This document shows positions 23,935 to 39,082 of a stretch of 64,000 bases of DNA, piece after piece. This DNA comes from Bugula neritina (lineage: Eukaryota > Animalia > Bryozoa): positions 8,351,929-8,415,928 of the forward strand of contig OZ037769.1 of NCBI GenBank assembly GCA_964035545.1, given 5' to 3'. The notes under the pieces are model-generated. The model was not told the DNA's origin. It saw only the letters and a list, made by a program, of their open reading frames with translations, and did not search any database. Position 1 is the first letter of the stretch, and every line of letters starts with the position of its first letter. Both the position numbers and the translations under genes were made by a program.

Positions 23935-25710
23935 TTATCTGAAGGGTCCTCTTTTGAGTATAAGCAAGGGTCTCCAGCACCAGGTGTGAAGCCTTGCTCC
24001 TTGAGGAAAGGGGTCAGTGTTTGGTGCCAATTGCGTCCGCTTTGTTTGAGGCCATAAATGGATTTGTTGAGACGACAAGAAAGCTTGTTTGTTGGTTTCT
24101 TCGTACCCTTCAGGCTGTTGTAGATAAATTTCCTTATCGATTGGTGCGTTTAGGTAGGCTCCTTTAACACCTAGTTGATGTATTTTCATGTTTTCATTTG
24201 CTGCTTTCTGTAACAGCAATCTGATCGATGTGAATTTGGTGGTTGAACTGTAAGTTTCTTCATAGTCAACTCCTTGTATTTGTGAAAATCCTTTTGCTAC
24301 ATATCTAGCTTTATGTTGAGTTTCACCTAGCGTTTTTCCCTGTTTCAAGGTATAAACCCATCTGCCCTTGGTCTCCGTCCTGTCTTCAGGTAGCGGCTGG
24401 ATAGACCAGTTGTTTGAATCACGTAGGGTGTTTATTTCCTTGTCCATGGCTTTCTTCCAGGCTTTTTTATCTTTTGAATTTACAGCTTCTTGGTAGGACT
24501 GTGGTATGTTTGCCATCAGTGAGCAAGCATAGTCAGTGTCTTCTATGTCATAGTCCTGTAGGTATGTAGGACGCTTTTGTTTCCGTTCCGATTTACGTGG
24601 TCCAGGTTGGTTGGTGGCCTTTGCCGGATCTGGTGCAGGTTCTTGTAGTATGGTATTCTGAGTACCATTTCTGCTGTTTAGTGCGGGTCCTTTTGGCATG
24701 ACGTTCATTGCAACATTTCCGCATGTTTGTGCAGGTTCTTGTGGCATGGTATTCTGGGTACCATTTCTGCTGTTTTGTGCGGGTCCTTGTGGCATGACGT
24801 TCAGTGCGTCATTTCCGCATATTTGTGCAGGTTCTTGTGGCATGGTATTCTGAGTACTATTTCTGCTGTTTTGTGCGGGTCCTTGTGGCATGACGTTCAT
24901 TGCGTCATTTCCGCATATTTGTGCAGGTTCCTGTGGCATGGTACTCTGAGTACCATTTCTGCTGTTTTGTGTGGGTCCTTGTGGCATGACGTTCATTGCG
25001 TCATTTTCGCATATTTGTGCAGGTTCCTGTGGCATGGTACTCTGAGTACCATTTCTGCTGTTTTGTGCGGGTCCGTGTGGCATGACGTTCATTGCGTCAT
25101 TTCCGCATATTTGTGGTATGACATTTCTGGATGTAACAATTTTCTGATTAGGGGTAAGTATAAAGTAGCCTTGGGCCTTTGTGTTGACATCAAGATATAT
25201 GCCGCTTTGTCCGCGGTCACTGAGTTTAAACTTATTTCCCTCTAAGTAGAATGTGCATTGAGATCCAAAATTGTGAATTTTCCTCATGTCGGGTGGCGTG
25301 CCTGTGAATAACTCATAGGCTGTCTTTCTCGTCCGTCTCTGGTAGCTTCGGTTTCTTAGGTACTCGGCATGGTCAGCGGCAAAACTCCAGAAAGTCTTGG
25401 GGAGATTTGAATCTTTGAGTAGGCATCGTGCTGTGTCCATGATGGTGCGCCAAGTCCTCTCTGATTTACCATTCTGGTAGGATGAGTAGGGGGCTGTAGT
25501 GGTGTGTTTGATTTCCATCCCACGTAGCACAGCTTCAAATGGCTGTCCAAGGTACTCCATGCCGTTGTCAGTATGGATCTCCTTCACATTTCCTATAGGT
25601 GCCACATCTGCAATGAATTGCTTAAGTGCAGTGGTGGCATCACTTTTGTGGCGAATATTGTAGGTGAACAACATACTGGAAAATTCATCTATGAAGTTTA
25701 TTATGTAGTT
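23935..25710 (-). CDS. Copia pol fragment: integrase core, repeat linker, N-terminal RT
   Basis: Most of the 597-aa ORF in the track; rve and RT motifs; frameshifts near 24090. Confidence 0.85.
   Translation of the reverse strand, partial: NYIINFIDEFSSMLFTYNIRHKSDATTALKQFIADVAPIGNVKEIHTDNGMEYLGQPFEAVLRGMEIKHTTTAPYSSYQNGKSERTWRTIMDTARCLLKDSNLPKTFWSFAADHAEYLRNRSYQRRTRKTAYELFTGTPPDMRKIHNFGSQCTFYLEGNKFKLSDRGQSGIYLDVNTKAQGYFILTPNQKIVTSRNVIPQICGNDAMNVMPHGPAQNSRNGTQSTMPQEPAQICENDAMNVMPQGPTQNSRNGTQSTMPQEPAQICGNDAMNVMPQGPAQNSRNSTQNTMPQEPAQICGNDALNVMPQGPAQNSRNGTQNTMPQEPAQTCGNVAMNVMPKGPALNSRNGTQNTILQEPAPDPAKATNQPGPRKSERKQKRPTYLQDYDIEDTDYACSLMANIPQSYQEAVNSKDKKAWKKAMDKEINTLRDSNNWSIQPLPEDRTETKGRWVYTLKQGKTLGETQHKARYVAKGFSQIQGVDYEETYSSTTKFTSIRLLLQKAANENMKIHQLGVKGAYLNAPIDKEIYLQQPEGYEETNKQAFLSSQQIHLWPQTKRTQLAPNTDPFPQGARLHTWCWRPLLILKRGPFR
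24634..25113 (-). repeat. Coding minisatellite, 5 x 96 bp (32 aa)
   Basis: Unit QICGNDAMNVMPQGPAQNSRNGTQ(S/N)TMPQEPA; TGCAGGTTC recurs every 96 nt. Confidence 0.95.
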
Positions 25711-27658
25711 TTGTGGGAAAGAAAACACTAAAAACTATTCCAAGCTTTGCAGCATTTAACCTAAGTATTGAACTATGGACAGACTACGAATCCAGGTTTA
25801 TGATGTTAATTGAGGCTAGTTCCTAATCACGGATGACAAAATATTGCAAATAGTTTTGAGGAGTCAGTTGGCAGTTATCTTTAAGCATTTCACTGATTGC
25901 GCAGCAGAATGCAGAGATCATAAAAACAATTAGCCGGCTCTCAATAGACAACATTCAAAAATACATAATGACCCTGTATCAACCATAGTCTTTTTTGTTT
26001 GCACCACAATAGGTATATTATATAAATTTGCATATTATTTTAGTATGACAATATTCTTGGATAAACATATTATTTATGTAACATATTATAGCAAGCATAC
26101 TTAAAGGGTAAATGGTGTGAACGACAAAGACTACCTCGTCAACAAACAATGGAAAACTGCTCCTTCAGTAACGTGTCATACTTCAAACACCTGGCGAGTT
26201 ACCAAGAATTGATCCACTTTTGCTACTAATACTGAATAATAACAGAGAAAAAGGCTTTGCTTTTTAAAGTCAAGTTGGATCTTTTTTTATGTATTTTCTA
26301 GACTGGACTAAAAGAGCCCTGAGTATTAGCACTAATTTTTGTTGTGTATTGATAGACCAGTATACAACAAAAATGATAAATTTCACATAAAAGCAGCTTT
26401 GTAAAAGAGTAACCAACTATGGGAGAAAAAGGGATATTAGCTAAAGTAGCAAGTTAAAGGGTTTTGTTAAAAAAAGCAGTTATAAAATGAAAATGATAAA
26501 AGATTGATCTGGTGAAAATGATACACACGCAGCAAGGCAGTTATAACACTGAGTCAGAAGGGTACTACTCAATCTGATTTTAAAACTATTATCATTTATT
26601 CTGAGTATTTTGTTGGATCTGATGAATAGCATGTCTTTCATTAGTTGACTGGCTTTACATGTCTTTAAAAAACAAACTTATATAGAAAAATTATTTAAAA
26701 AAATTGGAAGAAATTGTGAATAACATTGAAAAAATGAAAATGCTTTGGAACAGGACTTCAGCAGCTAAACCTAAAATATCATTTTTCTGTTTTCAGAAAA
26801 AAGACTGAAAAATAATTACGTGAATTGAAAAGCTTATGTATTTTCAGTCCCTGACCTAGTCAGCTCAACGTATCAAACACCAGAAAGTAAAAACTATTGG
26901 GTTTAAAAAAATTAGGGCAAAAACTAATATCCACCCTGTCCTAGTATATCATCAGTTTAGGCTTCTTCAGGAAGCAGAGCAACTCTAAAGATGCATTAAG
27001 GTAAAGGAAAAACTAATGTGTAAATATCTTTGTGGGAAATGTGTATTGACATATTTTACTTGCAGATAGAGTAATCAAACAGTTCTATACATACCTCAAT
27101 ATATTATTATCACAATGCTAGAAATTTACAACTCTGGCAGCTGTCAAATTTTACTATCTACACACTCCCTGTTGATAGTTAGAGGTAGACAGGTGAATGT
27201 AGCCGCCGTATCTTATCTTACATTAAGTAACTGCAAAATTACTTTCTTACAATAAATAAACAAATTTTCTAGTAACAATTCAAATGGTAAATTAATATAA
27301 TTGTCAACAATTTTTATTCTAACAATACGAACATATGAATATCAAACCATTGTTGAAAAACAATTTAAATAACCTCAATTGGATGCTATTTTATAAAACA
27401 TTGTTGTCTACTTTACTTGTGATAATTTTATGTATAAAACTAATATATAGTTATATGTTCTTTTAACATGTACAAAACTGTTATATATAATAGATGATTA
27501 TATTGATGCGAATGACATTTTAATTATTATCTAATATGGATTGGTGTGTAAACAATACACTCCGCTGTTCTGTATCTTGAACGGTGTACTTAACCTAGAA
27601 GATTTGGGTAATGTATGTTACATTATTCCAAATTGTTCAATGAATAGAATTATTGGAG

Positions 27659-29065
<1,407 letters not shown>

Positions 29066-30784
29066 CATGTTTCATCCTTTAATTTCAAAAATTAGTTGAA
29101 TACAACAAAGTTTTATTTCCTGTTATTGCAGTGTTATCTCAAACCAATACTTTGCTTCAGTAAATATGAAACACTATTAAGCCTTTTTTCTCAGCATGTT
29201 GATGTTCACATAACTTTACGATTACCATAATATCATAAACTGAATAAAGTACAACTATTTAAGCATCACATTTGACAGGTATAGATGAGCAAGTCTTTAC
29301 AAGATCTACTCTTAGTTCTTCAACAAAGATGTGGAATGAAGATTGCCAGCCGGTGTAGGCATCAGTGTCACCATACCCAGAGCATTGACCAACAGCATAG
29401 GTGATGTTGTGACTTCCCAAAGATATCCCGTGACATATTCCACTCACTGAAATATTTAACAAAAATCTGTATGAAGCTTGTTTCAGTTCTTCTTATAATT
29501 ATTTGCAAATACCTATTACCAATAATAAAAAATTACATGATATGGTTGTATAGATAGTTGACATGTGAGCCTAAAAAAATAAAGAGCTCAGAAACGAAAA
29601 AGTTGAAGCCTGTTCGGAATGAGCATACAGTTCATGTTGTGTATAAGCAACGTATAATTTGTGCCGTCTAAAACCATTTACCTTGCATTGGATGGTGCAT
29701 ATCTGTGTGGTAGTTGAAGTAGTGTACCCCTTCTATTCTCCCTGGTGAAGAACATTCAGCTTTGTCAATTTTAAAATACCTGTAATCAATACATATATTG
29801 AGTTAACATGTACAGCTATTTTACAATAACTGAAATCTTTTATCATTGAACTATTATTTTCATAAGCTTACCATCTCCCACATAATGAGTACCCATTACC
29901 AGGTACAATCCGATGATCTCCACTAGCAGTTAGTCTGAGTCCAGTCTTTGCATATTCCTTCACATAAGTTATGGTGTACAGATCTGCCACATCTTCATCT
30001 TTATTACTTGCCCAGTAGTGAAATCTCTCTAGATTTCCACTGTGACTTCTGTACATCTGATGATTATGAGATATTACTAAAATATGCAATTCTTTTGAGT
30101 AAACATCAAAAAAGCCTGTGATAATAATTTCATTTAGTACAGTTTGAATTTGGATTATAGATTTGAGACAGCAATTAATGTCATATATGCTGAGTGTTTT
30201 CTGCAGTATAAATTTACTTCAAATATACAAGTTTTTCATTGTGGCAACAAGAAAGCTTGCCTTGTTAATTTCGAGTTAAATAAAGTTTTTGGAAACTTTC
30301 ACGTTCTTAGCAGCTTAAAATTTTATACTTACAGAGCAAATTTTAAAACATTTGTTTTGTTGGCTATATGCATGCATATTTACAGAAAATAATTTTGATT
30401 CAAAAATGCTTCTCAATTATAGCGAGAAGTTACATTTATTTAAAGTCAAAGCCTATAAACTTAGTTATATAGTGCATTTAATAAAAGAAATATGCTGTTA
30501 ATAAAAACTCATGTTGTTGATTAAGAAAAGCAAATATTTCTACAGAGATATATTAGAAAGTTGTATTCAAACATGTTTGGTATGACAACTATATTATGTG
30601 ACTTATAACAAAAATTGATTTCCACTGCATTGACTTCGTGCATGGTCTCTTCTCACTTTTTAATATGTATACTTAGAGCCTTGAATGCACTATATATAAC
30701 ACCAATTGGAGCTCATTAAATTCAGAGCACTTGCATGAACAATTTTACTTTGTTATCCGTATTATATAGGAACTAAAATCTTAA

Positions 30785-31554
30785 AGGATTGCTCTATCTT
30801 GTCTAATAAATGGCCATTTAGGTCAAACACACATAATATTGTGTTTTTCTAAGCATGCATTGACAAAAAGCATTTGACCAAAGGTAGAAAAAGTTAGTTG
30901 AAGTTGAGGGTGTAGATTGGTAACAGCCAAAACGCTGATTTTGAAATGAGCTGGGAAATGTGACGTAACAGCGCCAGCATTCCTGCTGGTCACGTGACTA
31001 TACAAATGAATAACTATATAGAAATATGACTGTGAAATGTGATCTTTCAGCTCGTAATTTGTATATTTATAGAAGTGCAAATGTGAATTATCTCAATCTA
31101 TAGTTTTTTGACATGTTAAATAACATGTATGTGATAACATTAGGCCATATTTTGCTTGTAAACATAGAAAAAAGCATTGCAAAAACATGCATTCTGTAGG
31201 ATGAATGCCTGCGATCGATCTAAACTAGGTCAGATTGTGCAATATTACGGGCGCACCAAAGCTGACCTATATAGCGCACTGTAACTGCTTGAGCGTTATT
31301 GGTTGATGTTGCGCTCTGCAACCTTGAATACTAGCGTTATAGTTAGCACGTGCAGCATAGTTACTGGCGTTCACACGTCACATATTAGGCTATTCTTTTT
31401 CATGGCTGAAAATTTTACCTCCCTCAAAATTGGAATTTTGAAAAGCTGTTTTCTAGGCATATATCCCTTTGCAAAGTCACAATTGTTTGCATACACATTA
31501 GATTATAGTTCATAATTATAATGTGATTGTAATAAACTAAGATAGAGCAATCCT
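30785..31554. mobile_element. TTAA-TSD MITE (Kolobok-like) in an intron of paralog B
   Basis: TTAA|AGGATTGCTCTATCTT ... AAGATAGAGCAATCCT|TTAA, 16-bp perfect TIR. Confidence 0.82.
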
Positions 31555-33318
31555 TTAAAGTTATATTTATATACATATTAACTATATCCTCATTAGGAAC
31601 TTTATTAGCACCTCCATCAACTGCAAGACCTCTCCTCACTTCTTCAATGTGCAGACGTGAAGGAGAGTTAAATCCACCAGTAATAGTTCTTGTGGGTTGA
31701 CTAAAACTATCAATGCATCTCCCAACGTATATTCTAATGGTGTGTGTTCCTTTAGGCATTATGTTGTCACATATTCCTTCCACTGAAGCAAAAAGTTATG
31801 CAAAATGCATATTTATACTTACAGTTATATAAAATGCTGGTAAAAAATAGTTGATGATTAGTGCTTGTCATACAAGTTACCAAAAATGAAATTCTGTCTA
31901 GGCTTTTATAATTGAAATATTTTAAATGACTTGCATATGGGTCTGATTTTGACTCATTAAATGCTTTTTTAAATCAAACAGTTGCAACAAAAAATGACAT
32001 GTTCACAACCATTATACAGAAATTTAGTGAAAAGCATAATCCATAGTCAATTTTTTAAAAAAAAATTTTATGAAACACGGTACATATAATTGCATTAAAA
32101 TTTGTATAAATTTGTGTTGCATATCAAAAACAAATAGTTCCTAATGGCTAACATAGCACCTTTTGTGGCTAGAATGAATTAATCTCCAGTAACAGCTTAA
32201 ATTAGTAATCAACTAACTAGTCGTTCACTCAAACATATAGCTTATGTAGTTGCTATACGAAACATAGCTTGATTACTGAGTATGCATACAATGTCTCCCA
32301 TGGCTGATCCGGTACTGTAAACAAGCACTGATAAAAACTTAGGACGCATTACTATATAAACTACGGATTCAAAGCCACAACAACACCCCTTATACCATTA
32401 AAGAATTTGCCAGGTTTAAAAGCAAAGTTAGATCCATGGTTTAAAATATCAAATTTTCAAAAGTACGCTGCTAGTTTCATAAAACGATAAAACAAGACCT
32501 AGCCCAGACGACCGGTAGCCTACTAACTATAGTTTTATTATATACGTGAACTGACAAAAAAAGATGTTTACCGTATGAAAATTACCGAAGAAGAGCTTAT
32601 ACTGCACAACAACATTGCTAGGGATTACAAAAAAAGATCAAAGGAGACCTCAAGAAATAAACTTAAAAGCTGAACATCGTTGCTTTGAAAAAAAATTATG
32701 TAATATTTACAAGTTCCGCTTTTCCTATGGTGCCTCCAGTATTTATAGTTATTAGGTGAAGTGTGAGGTATTACATAATCAAGTTGGGGAAAGCACTCAC
32801 TGTCTTCTATCTTCACAAACCTGTAAAAATGTGAGCAGTATCTAAGAATAATATGTTAAAACCACCAACACACATATAGAAATTGAAAAGTGTTGAAATA
32901 CAGCTATAAGTTTTTAAAGTCAAACTGCTAAATTTTTTAAGTGACATTTGAAGCTTAAATAGTGCTTGTTAAATGGCAAACTTTCACCAGCTACTTTTTA
33001 CACTCGCCATGCATGCAACATGTTTTGGTCACAGTCCGTGCGGCAAATCAGCACTGTGTGATTTTACAGTGACTTTTAGAATACTTTCATTACAAAATAT
33101 GAATAGCTTAAAAGTGGTAAATTCTCAAAAACCTCGGGTAATCACCTTGACAATTGAAATTTTTGTTTAATTTAGACATAATATAGAAATAAATATTGTA
33201 CCAAAAAAATGTAATATAGTAGTTTGTTTTTTATGCAAGAAAAAAACAGTTATTTATAAATTTTTAAAAAAGTGTAATAGGCCAAACTATTTATTGTTTA
33301 AAATTTTGTGTGACCTAA

Positions 33319-36300
33319 TATGGAGTGCCAAATGGTCAAAAATTGCTTATTATTGCATCTCATATGCTTATAATAAAGTATCTAACCATTATTCTCTCTC
33401 ATGTGCTCACAAAACACTCTCATTGGTCTATAATTTGCTCTCATACCCTTATTATTTGTGCTCTTAGGTCTATTATTTGGTCTCACACTGTCATTATTCA
33501 CTCCCATACCCTTATTTCTCTTTCTTTTATGCTCATTATTCAGTCCCATACCTCCATTATGCACTCTCATACATTATTCATTCTCTTATGCTTATTATTC
33601 TCTCTCATACCCTTATTACTGTCTTGCTTTTGCACCTGATTCTGACTCACTAGTATTCGTGTACACGTCACAATAGTTGAGTATATGCCAGTCTATTCGG
33701 GTCACACTACTAAGCTCCACCCCATTTATCAAATCTGATTGGATAACTGCAATGACACTAAGAGTAATAATAAATGCTGGGTGGGTGCCTAGGTTTAGTT
33801 AGCCATTCTTCATTCATAAGTATCAGTCTAGGAGTGAACAACTTATACCAGTTAGATTCTTATCTCGATATTAACTGGTAAGCTAAATCACCCTTTGCAA
33901 ATTTACAGATTGGTTGGGCTTTCGAGTTCCTATAACTATTCAAACAGAATAGAGTTTGCTTTAAACTTCTAGTTTGAGGTAGAATTGCTCACATTTTTAT
34001 AAGTGGTGTTCAAAATGCAGCCTAGCAGTTTACAGATGATTGTAGTTAAAAAATATTATTAAATAGATAGCTGACAAGCTAAATATTTGCTTTTTAATTC
34101 AATGCCAAAATACTAAAATTAGCAGTTGGTTATTTTCACAAACCATTATTAAATTATGAGCTGCCAGTCGATTTTATCAGGTTTCGTAAGTGTAACTGCC
34201 CGTCTAGATTTACATGAAGTTTCATACAGGTGTATTTTTTAGTGTAGTTTATTTTCCACCAAAGTTGTTCACACCATTTACATCGTGAAACTCTTTTACC
34301 TTTTCTAGGAGAGAGTTGATATAAGTAAGAAATATTTTACACCATGCAATTGTGAGAATAGCTAATATATATGAAAGTAGATGTGGATATCTGAATAGAA
34401 CCCTGCCACCTAAGGGTTCTTACTGTTGTGACCTGGTTAAGTGTCTATATCTGTTTTACTCATTATGTGAAAAGTTAAGGTATTTGTTTTCTCAGTCATC
34501 ATTTTGAGTGCAATATTAGATAGAATGTGCTTGATTGTAAAGCAGTCAGCTAGTTGTTATAGTGAGTGCAGTCAGTGCAGAATAAAACATTTTACTCTTT
34601 CACATACACGCAATCCACCTTGTTACACTTACTAGAATAGTCGCGAGGATAAAAAACAGTAACATTTTAATGTGAAAAGTGACAAAACAAGTGCTAAAAA
34701 TATGAGAAAATTTGGTGACTCATCACTGTTGAAATGTGTGACAACACAAAGGCAGCGATGGTTTTATACTTAGCGTGGCAATGTTTGTAAAATTTTATAA
34801 TGGTTTTTGCAAATGATGATTGACCTAAATGAAATATTATAACAACAGGTTGAATTGCTCTGCGGTTACCTTTGTTGCTATCAATAAATTGGCAGCCATG
34901 CAAGTGTCAGTAAGCTAACTAGGTAACGGAACTAAATTTATGAAATTTTATTATTATTATCAAAGACGCTACAATAAATACAGCACAGCAGCCAAAAGCT
35001 GTTCCAAGTAGCAAGTAGCAACAGTTTTATGATTTCATTCTGAATTTTTAGATTATAAATTATAGCTGCTATATGAAATATATAAGGCTACTTATATGAA
35101 ATGGTTTACGAGCTGAATTTGTGGTCCCCTGTCCCTTTAAAGTGCCTTTAAAAATAGAAAATGCTAAAAAAATTTTATTAAATAATCTAATAATGCAGCC
35201 CAAAGTCTTTGTAGCAAGTAAAAAATACAACAAAACTAATGTCAAAAGCTAAAAGGAAATTTTAGGATTAGCTACAACAGCTCAAATGTTAGGTGACTTT
35301 AAAGTTGATCTAGTAATTTTTTCTTTGTATTTCTCAGCCAGTTCGGGCAACTTATTAAAAATTACTGTTATCAGCTCGTCATTTTTTTCAAAAAGTCATA
35401 AAAGATCTTTTAAAACTATCTAGCCAAGTACTTTCTACCGGCAGCGCATTCGGAGGTTGTCAGATTATAACTGCTCATTGGGGTAAAACTGTGTATGCCC
35501 CAGTAAACCTAAAATTTTCCTAATGCTTGTGTACTGTTCTATTAATAGTCAGGTGCTTTTCCTTATAATATTAAGTATAATAACCAGCTACTAATGCATG
35601 CCTTCCTATTAATAGCCATTGCTATCTTACTGATTATGTAAAATTGACTGTTACTCTGTGGTATTTCTGATTACATAATTTATATGAGGTGGGTTTTCAT
35701 TGCGAAATGTAGGTAACTTGTAGCAAACATAATCTCGCAACACTCACCACGATGCTTCTGGTGTGAGGCAGCTATAGAGAATTGGTTATTTCAAATATTG
35801 CATTTATTATTTCACTATTTTGCATAAAATAGTTACAACTTCTAAACTTCATTCTGTGCAATGCAGTCGTATAAGCCTGTAACCAACCATTTTCTAATCA
35901 TGGCACAAAAAAAGTAAAAACAAACTTATATTGAACTGGTTCCAAAAGTATGAACCAGCTATATAAGCCGAATTTATAATACTTGAGCTTATATTTACTA
36001 TCATTCAATTTTCGTGGGAACCTGGTATCAGTGAAAGTAAATTGAAACTTGAATGTAAACTTGGCTGCAAACTGTCAAACGGTTATTGTTGATTAGTTTA
36101 CAAAATATTACTATTTAAACAAATGAACCGATATTACATAATATTGCAAGAAAATACTTCTAATTTTTGTTGCTTCAAATCTCTTGTATAGAATAATGCA
36201 GCAATAACCTCTGAAGCGTAAAACTTTTAAGAGTAACTACTTAAATGTGAAGCAGTAATTTATAGCAGTAATTAGCTCAAGTAAAATAGGAATTGCTTTA

Positions 36301-39082
36301 AAATTAAAAGCTATTTTTGGACAGAGTTTCCCTTTTAAATTATGCTAATCTAAGATTATACTGTATGTAAGCACACGTAAAGTACTTTGACTGTCTACGT
36401 CAGGCTGTTAAACAATTACATATAAAATTATTTTTTTATGTATATGAATTGTAGAAGGAAAAACCTTACTGTAATTAATGCTTTATATCTACACGTGCTA
36501 AGAAACGTGCAGCCTGTAATAGTTATTGGGACACTGTTGTGTAATGATTAATAGGAATTTGGGGTAAACTAACTTGAAAAAACCTGATGCTGTAGCCACA
36601 AGCTCAAACTGAATTTTACAATTTGTGGCCTCCACAACAGAATATTCTACCTCTTTAGTCCTTGCTCTGAAGGCTTGGACACTCTTGTTCTAAGCCCTAA
36701 GATATTTTATTACTTTCCAACACTGGCTTTGGCAAAAATTTGTTTAGCTTTACATAATGTCCCTCTAGATATTCAAATTAGTTAAAAGATCGGTGTCAAC
36801 AAACTATTTTTGTTTATGTATAGTAAGTTTAACCTAAACTTTAAAGGCATTCTACTACACATTTATAAATTATGCAAAACACTAAATTTTGACGTTGAAT
36901 GTTGCAATTATCGTTTAATGGAGAAAAATTATTTAGGGATTACCCTAGTTTTATCAGACTAGCTACTATTATTTTGGTGTTCTATTTTATTTATAGTCAA
37001 TATTAACTGTAGCTTACGTATTTAAAATTACTGATAATGTCAGGAATTGCTTCTCCTGTGATTATCTCATAAGTTTCAAGTGACACAAACCAAGCCCATT
37101 ATATTGTTTTGCTCATATAACTAAGTTCTATAAGATCTATATAGCTAGTTTTAAAAGTATGAATTCTTCATTTTATTAACTTCAGAAATATTTTTGTTAC
37201 ATCTATACAATATTGAGATTAAGATAGGAATCTTATAGCTCCCACAATATGAAGTAGGTGCAGATATAAGAATTTACTATACAACATACAACTATACAAC
37301 CATTAAAATCTAACAATTCTACAAAGTATTAGGAAATACTAACAGCTCTGTCTCACACTGCCAACAAACACAAAACACTAGTCAGTCCTTGTCTAACACT
37401 AACAGCTATATCCTTAGCTTTCTACACTTTCAAATATTTTGGTAGCCGGTAGGGCTCATCTAACAAAAACTAAGAGTTTCTAACAAAATTTTATTAATGA
37501 GGAATTTTCTGTCAAAATCTCCATTTCTGCACAATATTCTGGTAAAACTTGTTCACTCCTAGACTGATACTTATGAATGAAGAATGGCTAACTAAACCTA
37601 GGCACCCACCCAGCATTTATTATTACTCTTGGTGTCATTGCAGTTATCCAATCAGATTTGATAAATGGGGTGGAGCTTAGTAGTGTGACCCGAATAGACT
37701 GGCATATACTCAACTATTGTGACGTGTACACGAATACTAGTGAGTCAGAATCAGGCACAAAAGCAAGACAGTAATAAGGGTATGAGAGAGAATAATAAGC
37801 ATAAGAGAAAGAATAATGTCTATAACAGAGCAAATAATAGGGGTATGAGAGTGCATAATGGAGGTATGGGACTGAATAATGAGCATAAAAGAAAGAGAAA
37901 TAAGGGTATGGGAATGAATAATGACAGTATGAGACCAAATAATAGACCTAAGAGCACAAAAAAAAGGGTATGAGAGCAAATTATAGACCAATGAGAGTGT
38001 TTTGTGAGCATATGAGAGAGAATAATGGTTAGATACTGTAGCGTCGCCACTAACTATAGATGAGTTGTACTGGTGTTGGTTTTCGTAACTTTATTTTTAC
38101 GTATTCCAACTGCCGTAAGAAACTATAAAAGTAGGTTAATATATACAATTATAATAGGTTTTTAAAACAAAACAAAACAAAAATTATTTATGACATTGTA
38201 AAGTATTCAAACATATATGCGGATTTTAGATTAATCACCTCTTGCCTTCTTTTAGTGGCTAGCTAGGGTGAGTTTGACTCTAGGAAATGACATTGTAGGT
38301 CTACTAAAAATATCAAAGTTTATAAGAAAAATGACAACAAATGATAACTGCCATAGACAAAGTTAATTAATTATCAGTTAAAGCAAGTATTAGTGCATGT
38401 ATCATATAAACAAAGATTGAACTTGTATTCAAAGTTGACTTGAATTAGTATAGTTGCAGTGAATTACTGTTATGAGTAAAAGTAAAACTTTTAGATATTT
38501 CAAACTTGTTAAACTCCTAAACATGTTAAATAAACCAAATATTTATTATTAAGTTGAAATAGATAAACAATACTTAAGGAAAGCTTCAAATCATACAAAT
38601 ACTGAAAAACAAAACTAACCTGTGCCTCTTGAAGTTAATTCCAATTCAAATTCATTTATATTTTGCTAATTATATCATTAAAATTTATTGCTATTTATGC
38701 GATGGAACTTGCATTGCCAGCGGCTACTATTCTACTAACTGTAGGGTCAACGTCTGCACTGAAACATCCGGGCTGCCAAGACGTAAGGCTACAGCCAATG
38801 GGCGAGGGCGTGCTGTTATCTAATTAATGAATTGACAACTATTGCAGTCGTTGCGTTGCGTATGTAGGCAAGAATCACGTGATGTGATCATCTATTTGAG
38901 TAGAATGTTGCGCTAAGCACAACGTTGAATGCTTAATAAACTGTTGGATATTCATTCCGTTATGCTGCTTTTACAACTTGAAATAATTATGCTCTAGAGT
39001 ATATGTGATAACTTCACAATACTTTATTATAAGCATATGAGATGCAATAATAAGGGAATTTTTGACCATTTGGCACTCCATA
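33319..39082. mobile_element. Long-TIR non-autonomous DNA transposon, IS3EU-like, in an intron of paralog B
   Basis: 6-bp TSD ACCTAA (33313-33318 / 39083-39088); termini TATGG..CCATA; ~520-bp TIRs (33319-33841 vs 37549-38036 + 39019-39082) built from ~21-bp CTCATACCCTTATTATT-like units. Confidence 0.85.
38037..39018. mobile_element. Solo LTR (~980 bp) inserted in the right TIR
   Basis: TGT..ACA ends; 4-bp TSD ATAC (38033-38036 / 39019-39022); absent from the left TIR. Confidence 0.8.

Larger units (their letters stand above)
22783..25710 (-). mobile_element. Ty1/copia LTR retrotransposon, 5'-truncated (integrase-RT-RNase H, PPT, 3' LTR)
   Basis: Order IN (FIDEFSS, IHTDNGMEY, QNGKSER) > RT (WKKAMDKEI, KARYVAKGFSQIQGVDY, FWVDDILL) > RNase H (GYVDADWGG, ALSSCEAKY, RSKHIDIRFHFVRE). 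PPT GAGAGGGCG abuts TGTTG at 22954. LTR end ~22783 is inferred. Several frameshifts. Confidence 0.92.

Noticed and set aside
24727-25245. 172-aa Cys/Trp repeat ORF on + strand
   Set aside because: Antisense reading of the copia 96-bp repeat.
25715-25810. Possible gag N-terminal remnant (IPSFAAFNLSIELWTDYESRF) at the copia truncation point
   Set aside because: Too short to support by eye.
33325-33676. His/Ile-rich repetitive ORFs (also 37714-38050); possible CRISPR-like array
   Set aside because: Degenerate ~21-bp tandem units inside transposon TIRs; no unique spacers, eukaryotic context.
33319-39082. Polinton/Maverick (long TIR, 6-bp TSD)
   Set aside because: Termini are TATGG rather than AG-type, and there are no polymerase, integrase or capsid remnants.
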